The position numbers were made by a program, and so were the translations under genes. The notes beneath the pieces were generated by a model. That model saw only the letters and a program-made list of their open reading frames with translations. It did no database searches and was not told where the DNA came from. DNA of 33,934 nucleotides from Myxococcales bacterium (GTDB taxonomy: Bacteria; Myxococcota_A; UBA9042). Every line of letters starts with the position of its first letter. Position 1 is the stretch's first letter. Positions 8,732-17,386 of this stretch are shown here, in pieces. Location of the stretch: the NCBI GenBank assembly GCA_037441385.1, contig JBBISH010000070.1, forward strand, positions 1 through 33,934, written 5' to 3'.

Positions 8732-10561
8732 GTGGCCAGCCAAGACGACGACAAAAAGGAGCAAACCGAGGCCAAGGTGCGCGGGCTGCGCGAGTTGCGG
8801 CCGCTGCTGCGCCTGCTGCAGGTGGTGCGGCCATACCAGGGCCGGTTCTGGCTCGCGTCGCTCACGCTGCTCGTCAGCTCGGCGATCGGGCTGTTGTATC
8901 CGCAAGCGGCGCGCATGGCCGTGGATCTGGGCGTCACCAAGCACAGCATGGCCGAGCTCAACCGCATGGTGGTGCTGCTGGTGGCCGCGTTTGTGGTGCA
9001 GGCCGGGTTCATCTGGGTGCGCCACTACCTGATGAGTTGGCTGGGGCAGCGCGTGGTGACGGACCTGCGCACCTCGATCTTTGACCGGCTGGTGCTGTTG
9101 CCGCCTTCGTGGTTCCACGAGCGAAGCACGGGCGAGATCTTGAGCCGCTTTGCCAGCGATGTAGCGGTGGTCGACGGCCTGGTGGGTACCGAGCTGTCCA
9201 TGGCGCTGCGCAACGGCGCGACGCTGATGGGCGGTCTGGTGCTGCTGTTCTACGAGAACTGGCGCTTGACCCTGATGATGCTGGCGATCGTGCCGCCGGT
9301 GATGATCGGCATCGTGTTTTTTGGCAAGCGCGTGCGGGCGATGTCGCGCGAGGTGTCGGACCGGTTGGCCAAGACCACGGCCAAGGTCGCCGAGGTGGTG
9401 TCCGCCATTCAAACGGTGCAGTCGTTCGTCCGCGAAGAACACGAAAGGCAGGAATATCGCTTGCGAATGGACGGCGTGTTCGACGAGACGCTGCGGCTGG
9501 TGCGAGTGCGGTCCACTTTTCACGCGGCGCTCACGTTTTCGGTGTCGCTGTCGATTGCGGCGGTGGTGTGGGTTGGCGGTCGGGCGGTGGTGGCGGGCGA
9601 GCTGTCGGCCGGCGATTTGGCCGCGTTCATGCTCTACACGGCGATGGTCGCGGGCTCGGTGGGCGCGTTGGCGACGCTGGCCGGGGCGCTGTCGCGGGCT
9701 TCGGGCGCCACCGAGCGGCTTTTCGAGATTTTGGATGCGCAGCCGGGCATCGCCAGCCCGCCCAACGCCAAGCCGATGCCGGCCGGGCAGGGCGAGATCC
9801 TGTTTGACGACGTGCACTTTGCCTATCCGTCGCGGCCCGAGGTGCCGGTCATCGACGGGGTGACGCTGCGGGTGCCGGCTGGCAAAGCCGTGGCGCTCGT
9901 GGGCGGTTCCGGGGCCGGAAAAACCACGCTGACCGCGCTGTTGCAGCGCTTCGCCGACGTGCAGGGCGGGCGCGTGGTGGTCGACGGCGTCGACGTGCGC
10001 GAGGTCCATCTGGCGCAACTGCGGCGGGTGATGGCGATCGTTGCCCAGGAGCCAGTGCTGTTCAAGGGCACGATCTTCGACAACATTCGCTATGGCCGCC
10101 CAGAGGCCAGCGCGGCGGACGTAGAGCAGGCGGCCCGCGACGCCCACGCCCAGGAGTTCATCGAGCGCTTTCCCGATGGCTACCAAACGTTGATCGGCGA
10201 GCGCGGGGTCAAGCTGTCGGGCGGGCAGCGGCAACGGATCGCCATTGCGCGCGCTCTGTTGGCCAACCCGCGCGTGCTGATTTTGGACGAGGCGACGTCG
10301 AACCTGGACGCCCAAAGCGAGTCGCTGGTGCAATTGGCGCTGCAGCGGCTGATGCAGGGGCGCACCACGCTCATCATCGCCCACCGCCTGTCGACGGTGC
10401 GCGACGCCGACGCCATTGCGGTGCTCGAGCGCGGCAAGCTCGTCGAGGTGGGCCGGCACGAGGACTTGCTGCAGCGCGAGGGCGTGTATCGCCGGCTGGT
10501 GGAGCACCAGGTGTTTGCCGACACGTTGCCGCGCATGACCGGGGTCGAGGAGGCCGCATGA
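8732..10561 (+). CDS. ABC exporter, fused permease/ATPase (MsbA/ABCB-like)
   Basis: Hydrophobic N-terminal TM domain, Walker A GGSGAGKT, signature LSGGQRQR, Walker B ILDEATSNLD and H-loop IAHRLST. Confidence 0.95.
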   Translation: MASQDDDKKEQTEAKVRGLRELRPLLRLLQVVRPYQGRFWLASLTLLVSSAIGLLYPQAARMAVDLGVTKHSMAELNRMVVLLVAAFVVQAGFIWVRHYLMSWLGQRVVTDLRTSIFDRLVLLPPSWFHERSTGEILSRFASDVAVVDGLVGTELSMALRNGATLMGGLVLLFYENWRLTLMMLAIVPPVMIGIVFFGKRVRAMSREVSDRLAKTTAKVAEVVSAIQTVQSFVREEHERQEYRLRMDGVFDETLRLVRVRSTFHAALTFSVSLSIAAVVWVGGRAVVAGELSAGDLAAFMLYTAMVAGSVGALATLAGALSRASGATERLFEILDAQPGIASPPNAKPMPAGQGEILFDDVHFAYPSRPEVPVIDGVTLRVPAGKAVALVGGSGAGKTTLTALLQRFADVQGGRVVVDGVDVREVHLAQLRRVMAIVAQEPVLFKGTIFDNIRYGRPEASAADVEQAARDAHAQEFIERFPDGYQTLIGERGVKLSGGQRQRIAIARALLANPRVLILDEATSNLDAQSESLVQLALQRLMQGRTTLIIAHRLSTVRDADAIAVLERGKLVEVGRHEDLLQREGVYRRLVEHQVFADTLPRMTGVEEAA

Positions 10562-11523
10562 CCGCTTCACCGCTGGTGAATCCCGGCGCAAGGATTGGCC
10601 TTGTCGCCCCCGCCGGCCGCTTTGTGGCCGAGCAACTGCGCGCGGGGTGCGATGTGCTGCGCGAGCAGGGCTACGAAGTGGTGCCCGCGCCGAACTTGTG
10701 GGCGACGGACCGCTACCACGCCGGCACGCCGGCCCAGCGCCAGGCCGACCTCAATTGGGCGTTGACGGCCCGCGACATCGATGCCGTTTGGCTGGCGCGC
10801 GGTGGCTTTGGCTGCGTGCAGCTGCTGCGCGGACTGCGGCCCGAGCAGTTCCATCCCAAGCCGGTACTGGGCTTTTCGGATGGGACTGCGCTGTTTGCGG
10901 CCCTGGCGAAGCTGGGCTGGTTGGGCAACGGCGGCGCGCTAGTTCACGGCCCGGTGGTTCACACGCTGGCACCGACCGCAGAAGAAGGCAGCCTGCAACC
11001 CGTGTTGGCCGATGGCGCCAGCCGCCGGCAGTTGTGGAACGTCTTGAAGACCGGCCGTGCGGGTCGCCTGGCGATCGCCGACCTAGACCAAACCAGCGCC
11101 GGCACGTTGGCGCACGGTCCGGTCGTCGGCGGCAATTTGACCGTGTTGGCCAGCCTTTGCGGCACGCCGTGGCAGCTCCAAGCCCAAGGGCACATCGTGT
11201 TGCTGGAAGACGTGGCCGAGGCGCCGTATCGGCTCGACCGCAGCCTTGCCCAACTTATTGAGTCGGGTTGCCTGGACGGCGCGCTGGCGGTAGGGCTAGG
11301 TGAATTCAGCGCTTGCAGCGCGATCGACGCCGACGGCCGCCCCTACTTGGGCACCGACATTTTGCGCGAGCGACTGACGACTCTGGGCCTGCCCGTGGTT
11401 GCGGGGCTACCTTTTGGCCACGGCAGCCGCAACCTTGCCTGGGCGTGGGGCGCGCAAGGCACTCTGGCGCAAGATGGCTTGACGTTCGAGCCCTTGGCTC
11501 GTCACCCCTACCAGCGGTGGTAG
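10558..11523 (+). CDS. LD-carboxypeptidase (peptidase S66, LdcA/MccF family)
   Basis: IGLVAPAG, ARGGFG, catalytic Ser GFSD, GGNL, Glu LLEDV and His FGHG. ATGA overlap with the ABC gene. Confidence 0.9.
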   Translation: MTASPLVNPGARIGLVAPAGRFVAEQLRAGCDVLREQGYEVVPAPNLWATDRYHAGTPAQRQADLNWALTARDIDAVWLARGGFGCVQLLRGLRPEQFHPKPVLGFSDGTALFAALAKLGWLGNGGALVHGPVVHTLAPTAEEGSLQPVLADGASRRQLWNVLKTGRAGRLAIADLDQTSAGTLAHGPVVGGNLTVLASLCGTPWQLQAQGHIVLLEDVAEAPYRLDRSLAQLIESGCLDGALAVGLGEFSACSAIDADGRPYLGTDILRERLTTLGLPVVAGLPFGHGSRNLAWAWGAQGTLAQDGLTFEPLARHPYQRW

Positions 11524-11978
11524 GCGGGGTGGCCCGGCTTGACGGCAACAAAGGTACCGCGGCAGGTGGCGGTCACTTTGTCGTGCGCTAGCAGCTCGGC
11601 CTCGATCACCGCGCGATCGTCGCTGCTTTCGACCACCCGTGCCCGCAGCTCGACCGGCCCATCCATGGGCGTGGGGCGCTTCAGCTTGACGTGGAAATCG
11701 GCGGTGACCGTGCAAGGCGGCGTGTCGGCTCCGGATTTTTGCATCAAGTGCCAAGCGGCCGTCCAGTTGCTGTGGCAGTCGAGGAGGGCGCCGCAAATAC
11801 CGCCGTTCAACATCCCTTCAAAAGCCAGGTGATGCGCCGCAGGTTGCCAGGTAGCGACGACCTGGTCGCCTTGAACAAAGCTACGAATCTTCAAGCCTTT
11901 GTCGTTGGCCGGGCCGCAGCCGAAGCATTGGTTGTGGGGCGCGTAGGTTTCTTGCAGCGATTTGGGGGCGTTTTCCAC
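11508..11978 (-). CDS. PaaI family (hotdog-fold) thioesterase
   Basis: CFGCGPANDKGL, LNGGICGALLDCH, VTADFHVKLKRPTP. GAGGAG RBS upstream of the GTG. Confidence 0.88.
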   Translation of the reverse strand: MENAPKSLQETYAPHNQCFGCGPANDKGLKIRSFVQGDQVVATWQPAAHHLAFEGMLNGGICGALLDCHSNWTAAWHLMQKSGADTPPCTVTADFHVKLKRPTPMDGPVELRARVVESSDDRAVIEAELLAHDKVTATCRGTFVAVKPGHPAYHRW

Positions 11979-12107
11979 GGACTCCTCGGGGTGCGACTTT
12001 GGGTGCCCTGCTGGGCGCGGCGATCATGCTGCGACCGGCCAGCAGTTGGCAAGGCGCGCCGGCTTCGCTACAACGTGGGCACTGGGGGGCAACCCAGCGA
12101 GGCTTGC

Positions 12108-12647
12108 ATGAGCTACGTACTCGACAACCTTCTAAAAAACGAGCGCATCGTCTACGAGGCGCACCTGCATTGGACGATCTTCTTCCGCGTGCGCGCCCTG
12201 TTCACGCTGTTTATTGCGGCACTCATCGAGCGGGCCTCTAGCGAATTCGCCGTCACCAATCGGCGCGTGATGATCAAGGTGGGCCTGATCCAGCGGCGCA
12301 CGCTCGAACTGAACTTGAGTAAAGTCGAGTCGATCGAGGTGGAGCAGAGTTTCTGGGGTCGGGTCCTGGGTTTTGGTTCGATCGAGGTCATCGGTACCGG
12401 CGGCACGCGCGAGCGCTTCGAGCGGATCGGCGCGCCGCTCGAGTTTCGCAAGGCCGTGCACGAAGCGGCCGAATCGATGCAAGCGAGCCAACTCGCGCAG
12501 CGGCCCGTGGGCGAGCTGCAGGCTGCGGCTAGCGCCGAGCAGGACCCCGAGACCAGGCTGGCCCAAGCCAAGCAGATGCTAGACAAGGGGTTGATCACGC
12601 AGGCGGAGTTTGACGCAGTGCGCCAGCGAATCTTGGAAACGATGTAG
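12108..12647 (+). CDS. Bacterial PH-domain membrane protein with C-terminal SHOCT-like domain
   Basis: EFAVTNRRVMIKVGLI...KVESIEVEQS..GRVLGFGSI.V.GTGG (bPH_2 pattern) and C-terminal RLAQAKQMLDKGLITQAEFDAVRQRIL (SHOCT pattern). ATG 12108 follows GAGG. Confidence 0.85.
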   Translation: MSYVLDNLLKNERIVYEAHLHWTIFFRVRALFTLFIAALIERASSEFAVTNRRVMIKVGLIQRRTLELNLSKVESIEVEQSFWGRVLGFGSIEVIGTGGTRERFERIGAPLEFRKAVHEAAESMQASQLAQRPVGELQAAASAEQDPETRLAQAKQMLDKGLITQAEFDAVRQRILETM

Positions 12648-12700
12648 GCAAATTCGTGCGTCTTGCCGAATCCGCCGAAATCGGATCGAGATGGTCATAC

Positions 12701-12824
12701 CAATTCCGTCCGAATCGGGTCGAAAACTCGGGCAATTCTTCGGGCCCGAACCGGGGTCCCCGCCTGATTCTCGCCAGTTGCAGAACGGGTCAGAAAAGCC
12801 GTACAGGCGCGAATCAGGTGGGGT
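12701..12824. repeat. Dispersed ~120-bp structured intergenic repeat, copy 1
   Basis: Ungapped match to 14301-14424 (14 mismatches over 12712-12821) and to 17387-17510. Internal stem cctgattctcgcc (12763-12775) / ggcgcgaatcagg (12806-12818). Confidence 0.9.
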
Positions 12825-12864
12825 GCGTATCAGGCAATTCTTCGGGGCCAAACCGGGGTGCGTA

Positions 12865-13116
12865 TCAGGACACCTTGCGCGCCGTCTTCAGCATCGCGTA
12901 CAGCTGGTCCTTGAGGTGCACACGGCGGACCTTGAGCGGTTCCAGGAACTCGTCGGCCATCGGTTCCACGTCTTCCTCGGCGCGAATGATCTGGGCGTCG
13001 AGTTCTTGGTACTCGTGGAACATATTGTGGAACTTGGGATCTTGCACATCAAGCGTGTGCAGGATACCGGCGAGCTCGGGAAATTCGCGATCGAGGTCAT
13101 GAGGTTCGATGTGCAT
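12865..13116 (-). CDS. DUF465 / YdcH family small coiled-coil protein
   Basis: MHIEPHDLDREFPE...DPKFHNMFHEYQELDAQI...LKVRRVHLKDQLY pattern. GGGAG RBS. Confidence 0.85.
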   Translation of the reverse strand: MHIEPHDLDREFPELAGILHTLDVQDPKFHNMFHEYQELDAQIIRAEEDVEPMADEFLEPLKVRRVHLKDQLYAMLKTARKVS

Positions 13117-13324
13117 GGTCGATGGCTCCCAAGGGGCGTCGGCCGCGGTGGTCTGGCCGCGGCGAGTTGTGTGCGGCGCACTCCCGTGATGCCTTACCCA
13201 AAAGGCTGGGCACGTCCCATGCGTGCCGCGGTGGGTGGGCAAATCGAAGGTATGCCTGCCCCCGGGAGCCGGCAAGGGGCTTGCAGTGGGCACACGTCAC
13301 GAGCAAGTCAGCCGAGGTTGACAG

Positions 13325-14254
13325 TTACATGGCAAGCCGGAGGGCACCTGGCATGGCCTCGTAAGTCGCTGGAATCTGACCAGGACTTTCGCCATCCAGC
13401 TCGACCCAGGCGGGCGGTTGCCCGGGGTGCGCGCGCACTTCGACCCGGCGGGCGCGCGCGGCCCAGACCTTGGGCGAGCGTCCGGCGGCGCCGCGGTAGC
13501 TCGAGATGCCAATGGCGATGGCGCGGATCGGATTGCGCTCGGTCAGGCCCACCACGTCGAGCAGGCCGTCATGCAGGCTGGCCTCGGGCGCCCACAGCAT
13601 GCCGCCGCCCTGGTAGCGGCCATTGAACAACCCCAGGTTGCGCAGGCTGCGCACTTCCCACGGCCCGTCGTCGAGGCGCAAATCCACTTGCCACGGCTGG
13701 ATTTGCACAGCGCCGGCAATCCCTGCAGCCACAAACGGCATGCCGCCGCGACCCAGCCACTTCCAACGCTCGACGCGGCGGACCAAGTCGCCACTTTGGC
13801 CAAAGCCAACCGCGTTCAACGCCACACGCCACTCGGGGCCGGCATCGCCTTGGAAACTGCAAGAGATCACATCGATCCATCGCGGCTGGGCCGCGGCGAT
13901 GCGCGCCAACTGCTCGTCGATCGAAGCGGGCAGTTGCAGCGTGCGCGCCAGGTCAGAGCCGGTCCCGCTGGTGACGAAGGCGAAGCCCGCCTCGGGTGCG
14001 ATGGCCTGGCGGCTCTGCGGGTCAAAGAACCCTTGCACAGCATCGAAGTTGCTGCCGTCGCCGCCCAAGCAGACGATGCGCTGGGTCCCGGCCAGCAGAG
14101 CTGTACGGACCAACTCGTACGCGTGACCCGCTCGCTCGGTCACGGCAAGCTCGAACTCGCCGAGATGCTTGCGGAACAGGGGTTCGAGTTGCGGCCAACG
14201 CCGCCCGGTCCGGCCGCGCGACGACGCCGGATTGACTACGACCAAGGTCCGCAT
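13325..14254 (-). CDS. Diacylglycerol/lipid kinase family protein (YegS/BmrU-like)
   Basis: VVVNPASSRG, TERAGHA, GGDGS, GTGSDLAR, NGRYQGGGM, DGLLDV and ELDGE. GGAGGGA RBS before ATG 14254. Confidence 0.9.
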   Translation of the reverse strand: MRTLVVVNPASSRGRTGRRWPQLEPLFRKHLGEFELAVTERAGHAYELVRTALLAGTQRIVCLGGDGSNFDAVQGFFDPQSRQAIAPEAGFAFVTSGTGSDLARTLQLPASIDEQLARIAAAQPRWIDVISCSFQGDAGPEWRVALNAVGFGQSGDLVRRVERWKWLGRGGMPFVAAGIAGAVQIQPWQVDLRLDDGPWEVRSLRNLGLFNGRYQGGGMLWAPEASLHDGLLDVVGLTERNPIRAIAIGISSYRGAAGRSPKVWAARARRVEVRAHPGQPPAWVELDGESPGQIPATYEAMPGALRLAM

Positions 14255-14300
14255 CCACTCCCTCCCCACCCCAAATCGCCACACGTCTCGAATGTTCTAC

Positions 14301-14424
14301 GGAATCGGTTTGAATCGGATCGAAAGCTCTGGCAATTCTTCAGGTCCGAACCGGGGTCCCCGCCTGATTCTCGCTGGTTGCAGTGCGGACCAGAGGAGCC
14401 GTACAGGCGCGAATCAGGGGGAGT
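14301..14424. repeat. Dispersed ~120-bp structured intergenic repeat, copy 2
   Basis: Ungapped match to copy 1 at an offset of 1600 bp, with the same stem (cctgattctcgct / ggcgcgaatcagg). Confidence 0.9.
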
Positions 14425-14549
14425 TCCCAGCATAGCTGGGCTTGCGTCCCTTGGCGATGGTTCCCGGCGCAACGGCGCTGCGCGCTTGATTTTCGCAGGT
14501 AGACCGCTACGCTTCGCCCCCCGCGCCGTTGCGCGACAGGACGATCGAC

Positions 14550-14996
14550 GTGGCCACGCTCAAAGAGAAACTGTTGGTACCCGCGCAGCGGCCGGCGCTG
14601 GTGCGCGACTGCGCCAAGCTCATCGACGAAGAAGTCGACCGCAAGTCCGGCCTATCCGGTCTGGCCATCAAGGCGGCCTTCAAGACCGTCCGCGCCATCA
14701 AGCCCGGCTTTATCGAGTCGGTCATCGAAGCGCTGCTGGACGATTGGGTCGAGAAGCTAGAGGGTTTTCACACCAAGTGGCAAGACGGGGGCGGCCAGGG
14801 CACCTTTGGCGCATTCTGCTCGCGCGATGTGGGCAGCGTGGCCGAGAAGCTGCTGGAAGTCACCGATGCGCGGGCCCACAAGGCCGACCGCAAAGTGGCG
14901 TCGCTCTACGACCGGTTGCGGCCCAACGCCAAAGAGCACGTGATCGCGGCGGTGCCGGGCTTGGGGCGCGTCGTCGACAAGAACATGCAGGCGTGA
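14550..14996 (+). CDS. DUF6918-like family protein
   Basis: ATLKEKLL.P..RP.LV.DC..LIDEEV..KSGLSGLAIKAAF..V.AIKPGF...LLEVTDARA...Y..LRP.AK.HV pattern, recalled from actinobacterial/myxobacterial proteins. GTG 14550 follows CAGGA; alternative start 14529. Confidence 0.7.
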   Translation: MATLKEKLLVPAQRPALVRDCAKLIDEEVDRKSGLSGLAIKAAFKTVRAIKPGFIESVIEALLDDWVEKLEGFHTKWQDGGGQGTFGAFCSRDVGSVAEKLLEVTDARAHKADRKVASLYDRLRPNAKEHVIAAVPGLGRVVDKNMQA

Positions 14997-15018
14997 CCGA
15001 CCTGCGTCGCCATGGGCT

Positions 15019-15226
15019 CTAGGAGCGTGTCGGGATAATCCCGGCACAATCCTAGCGCCGCGTCTTGCGCGGCGGCAACCGGCTGAAATCGCACGAATTC
15101 ACTTCGGGCGATTTTCGGCCAGTTGGACAAACGAAAAAGGCTAGGAGACTGGCGGCACCCAATAAGATACATAATGTATAACTAGATGGACATGTAGTGT
15201 CGCCCATTTTGCCGACAGGCTCCTAG
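15019..15226. mobile_element. Non-autonomous MITE/REP-doublet-like element bounded by CTAG
   Basis: Terminal inverted repeats ctaggagcgtgtcgg (15019-15033) and ccgacaggctcctag (15212-15226) with one mismatch. Two further internal end-like copies, several hairpins, and no transposase ORF. Confidence 0.7.
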
Positions 15227-15522
15227 CCAGGCAAATCGGCCAGCGCCACCCGTAGTTCCACGATGGGGATGTCGCGACTGTCGGCGGGGAACGGATCGCC
15301 CATCTCGCGGCGAACCTCCAGAGCCAACGCGATCGACTCGCGGGCGGCCAGTTCGGCTTCGGCCAGTGTCAGGCCCGTGCCGCACACTTCGGGCAGGGCT
15401 GGCACAAACACCGTGTAGCCGCCGCCTGGTTCGGGCAAAAACACCGTGGTGTACGTGTAGTCGCGAAGCGAAGTCGCCGCCGCTGAACTGGCCGCCTTGG
15501 GAGTCACGCTGGGCAGGTCCAT
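15223..15522 (-). CDS. hicB: HicB family antitoxin (short form, no obvious DNA-binding domain)
   Basis: YTTVFLPEPGGGYTVFVPALPEVCGTGLTLAEAELAARESIALALE...GDPFP matches the HicB RNase-H-like fold pattern. Confidence 0.82.
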   Translation of the reverse strand: MDLPSVTPKAASSAAATSLRDYTYTTVFLPEPGGGYTVFVPALPEVCGTGLTLAEAELAARESIALALEVRREMGDPFPADSRDIPIVELRVALADLPG

Positions 15523-15726
15523 CGTCTTCGCCTCGCCGCGCTGGAGTGCGCCATCGGTCCAGTGTGCGGACTCCCGCAGCCTGGGTCAAATCGGCCGCCG
15601 ACCGATGTACACAACGCCGCCAAGGGGCCCGCCAGGCTCCGGGATTGGCGGGCCGTTCTCTGCAACCCGCGCGGCATTTGCGCCGGCAGCCGCAGTTGGC
15701 ACAGAATCGTCTGAGGCCGCCGGAAG

Positions 15727-17256
15727 GTGGCAGGTAGGCTGGCGTTGACTCTACGTTGGACATGGCCAGACGCAATTGATTCGGCGATCCTGGGCCGCGA
15801 CGATACTTCGCGATATGTAGCCTTGTTCGGTAGTTGGGGCTTTCGGCTATTGACCCTGGTGGCAGCGGTGCCGCTGGCTGCGCGGGTCTGGGGAACGGAC
15901 GGCGCTGCGCTGGTGCTATGGGCCAGCATGGCCGAAACAGCCTTGGCCGCCGTGCTCCAGACCTGGACTGGTTCGGTGTCCGAGCGTGTGCGCGCGATGG
16001 TCGCGACGGGCGATCATGCACGCTTGCGGCGCACGGCCGCGACTGCGCTGGCCACCGGCGTCGCGGTCACGGTGCTGACTGGGGTGGTGGCGTTGGCCGT
16101 AGGGCCCTGGTTGGGTTTGAATTTGGCCAACTACGCTCTGCACCGCGATGCGATCGAGAAGGCCGTCCCGTGGTTGACCGCCGAGCTGGCGCTGCTGCCC
16201 CTGGTCATGACGGCCGCGGCCGTGGCCAGTGGGCTGGCGGGGCCCAAGTTTGCCGATCGGCTGCGCGGGTGGCTTGGCCTGGGCGCGGTCGCGGTCCTGG
16301 GCCTTGCGCTGGTTCAAGCCGGCGTGGAGCAGTGGGCCCAGCTGTCGGCCGGCTGCGCGATCGCGGTGTTGCTGTGGCTGGGCGCCGTCTTGGCGCGGCA
16401 GGGCGCGTTCCGCAGCCCCGGCTTGGCCGTGCCCGAGTTGCAGGCGCTGCTGCGCGGCATGGCCGCGGTGCCCAGTGGCGCGGGCCTGTGGAGTCTGCCG
16501 GTGCTGGCCGTGACGCTGCTATTGGGGACGCAGCTTGGCTTGGCGTCGCACTTTGCCGACCTGGCGCTGGTGGCCCTGACCGTTTCGCTTGGCAACTGGG
16601 GTAGCGACTTGGCGCGGCGCATGGCGCCCGAGGTGGGCATGGCCAGTCCCAGCGACGACCCGTACCGGCTGCGTTGGCGCTTTGGCCGCCACTACGATGC
16701 CGCCAACCTGGTCGCCGTGGGCATGCTCATCGTGGTGCTGTGCTACTTGGGCCTGGCCAGTCGGCTGTGGCTCGCCAAGCTTGGGCCGGTGTCGGCCCCG
16801 GTGCAGTGGCTGGGTTTGTGGGCCGGGGGCGTGGCACCCAGCCGGGTGCTGGGCGAACAGGTCGTGCACCAGGATCACGGCGCCGTGCGGCTGGCCGTGC
16901 ACGCGGGCGAGCTCGTCGTGGTGCTGGCGGCCACGGGGCTGGCCGGCGGCGACGCCACTGCAGCGGTGATCGCGGTCGCGCTGGGCGTGCGCTGGCTCGT
17001 GCTGCTAGTGCTGGCGATCCCGGCGATTTGCGTGCACTTCCACATCTCGTACACCCGTTTGACCTATGGGACGTTTTGGCGATTTGCCATGGTCGCCGTG
17101 CCCGCGACGATTACGGGCGCGGTGTTCGCCGCCTTTCGACCGCCGCTGACTGGCCGCGAGTGGGCGCTGCAGCTGGCGATCGTTAGCATCTTGTACGTGG
17201 TGCCGGCGTTCACGGCCTGGAACCTGCTGGATACGCGCCGCGATCGCAACGCTTGA
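15727..17256 (+). CDS. Polytopic membrane protein, possibly Wzx/MATE-superfamily flippase-like
   Basis: About 12 or more hydrophobic segments over 509 aa. The segment RVRAMVATGDHARLRRTAATAL resembles flippase loop patterns. Start uncertain. Confidence 0.55.
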   Translation: MAGRLALTLRWTWPDAIDSAILGRDDTSRYVALFGSWGFRLLTLVAAVPLAARVWGTDGAALVLWASMAETALAAVLQTWTGSVSERVRAMVATGDHARLRRTAATALATGVAVTVLTGVVALAVGPWLGLNLANYALHRDAIEKAVPWLTAELALLPLVMTAAAVASGLAGPKFADRLRGWLGLGAVAVLGLALVQAGVEQWAQLSAGCAIAVLLWLGAVLARQGAFRSPGLAVPELQALLRGMAAVPSGAGLWSLPVLAVTLLLGTQLGLASHFADLALVALTVSLGNWGSDLARRMAPEVGMASPSDDPYRLRWRFGRHYDAANLVAVGMLIVVLCYLGLASRLWLAKLGPVSAPVQWLGLWAGGVAPSRVLGEQVVHQDHGAVRLAVHAGELVVVLAATGLAGGDATAAVIAVALGVRWLVLLVLAIPAICVHFHISYTRLTYGTFWRFAMVAVPATITGAVFAAFRPPLTGREWALQLAIVSILYVVPAFTAWNLLDTRRDRNA

Positions 17257-17386
17257 TCACTTCACAAGCTGATTGATTTCGAAGATCACCACCTACCGTC
17301 GCCGCGCGTCGGCCGCATAGGACGCTCGCTTGGCGACGCGCCCGGCCCAACGAACTCAGCACTGCGCCAAGCCGATGACGGCATCT

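Noticed and set aside
12668..12869. Possible CRISPR or mini-array
   Set aside because: The repeats are irregular partial duplications without constant spacer length, and no cas genes are present.
13209..13223. GG-N10-GC sigma-54-like motif gggcacgtcccatgc
   Set aside because: It points toward the 3' end of an opposite-strand gene, with no downstream + strand gene.
12610..13626. ORFs spanning the ~120-bp repeats (12610-13626, 12656-13102, 14169-14435, 17330-17992) as a paralogous protein family
   Set aside because: Similarity is confined to the DNA repeat, and the ORFs overlap real genes on the opposite strand.
15640..15700. Possible inverted fourth copy of the 120-bp repeat (tgcaacccgc core)
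   Set aside because: Only about 10 bp match, the flanks do not align, and the stem is absent.
15504..15929. Possible HicA toxin upstream of hicB
   Set aside because: No HicA-like dsRBD pattern or GSH motif in the minus-strand frames.
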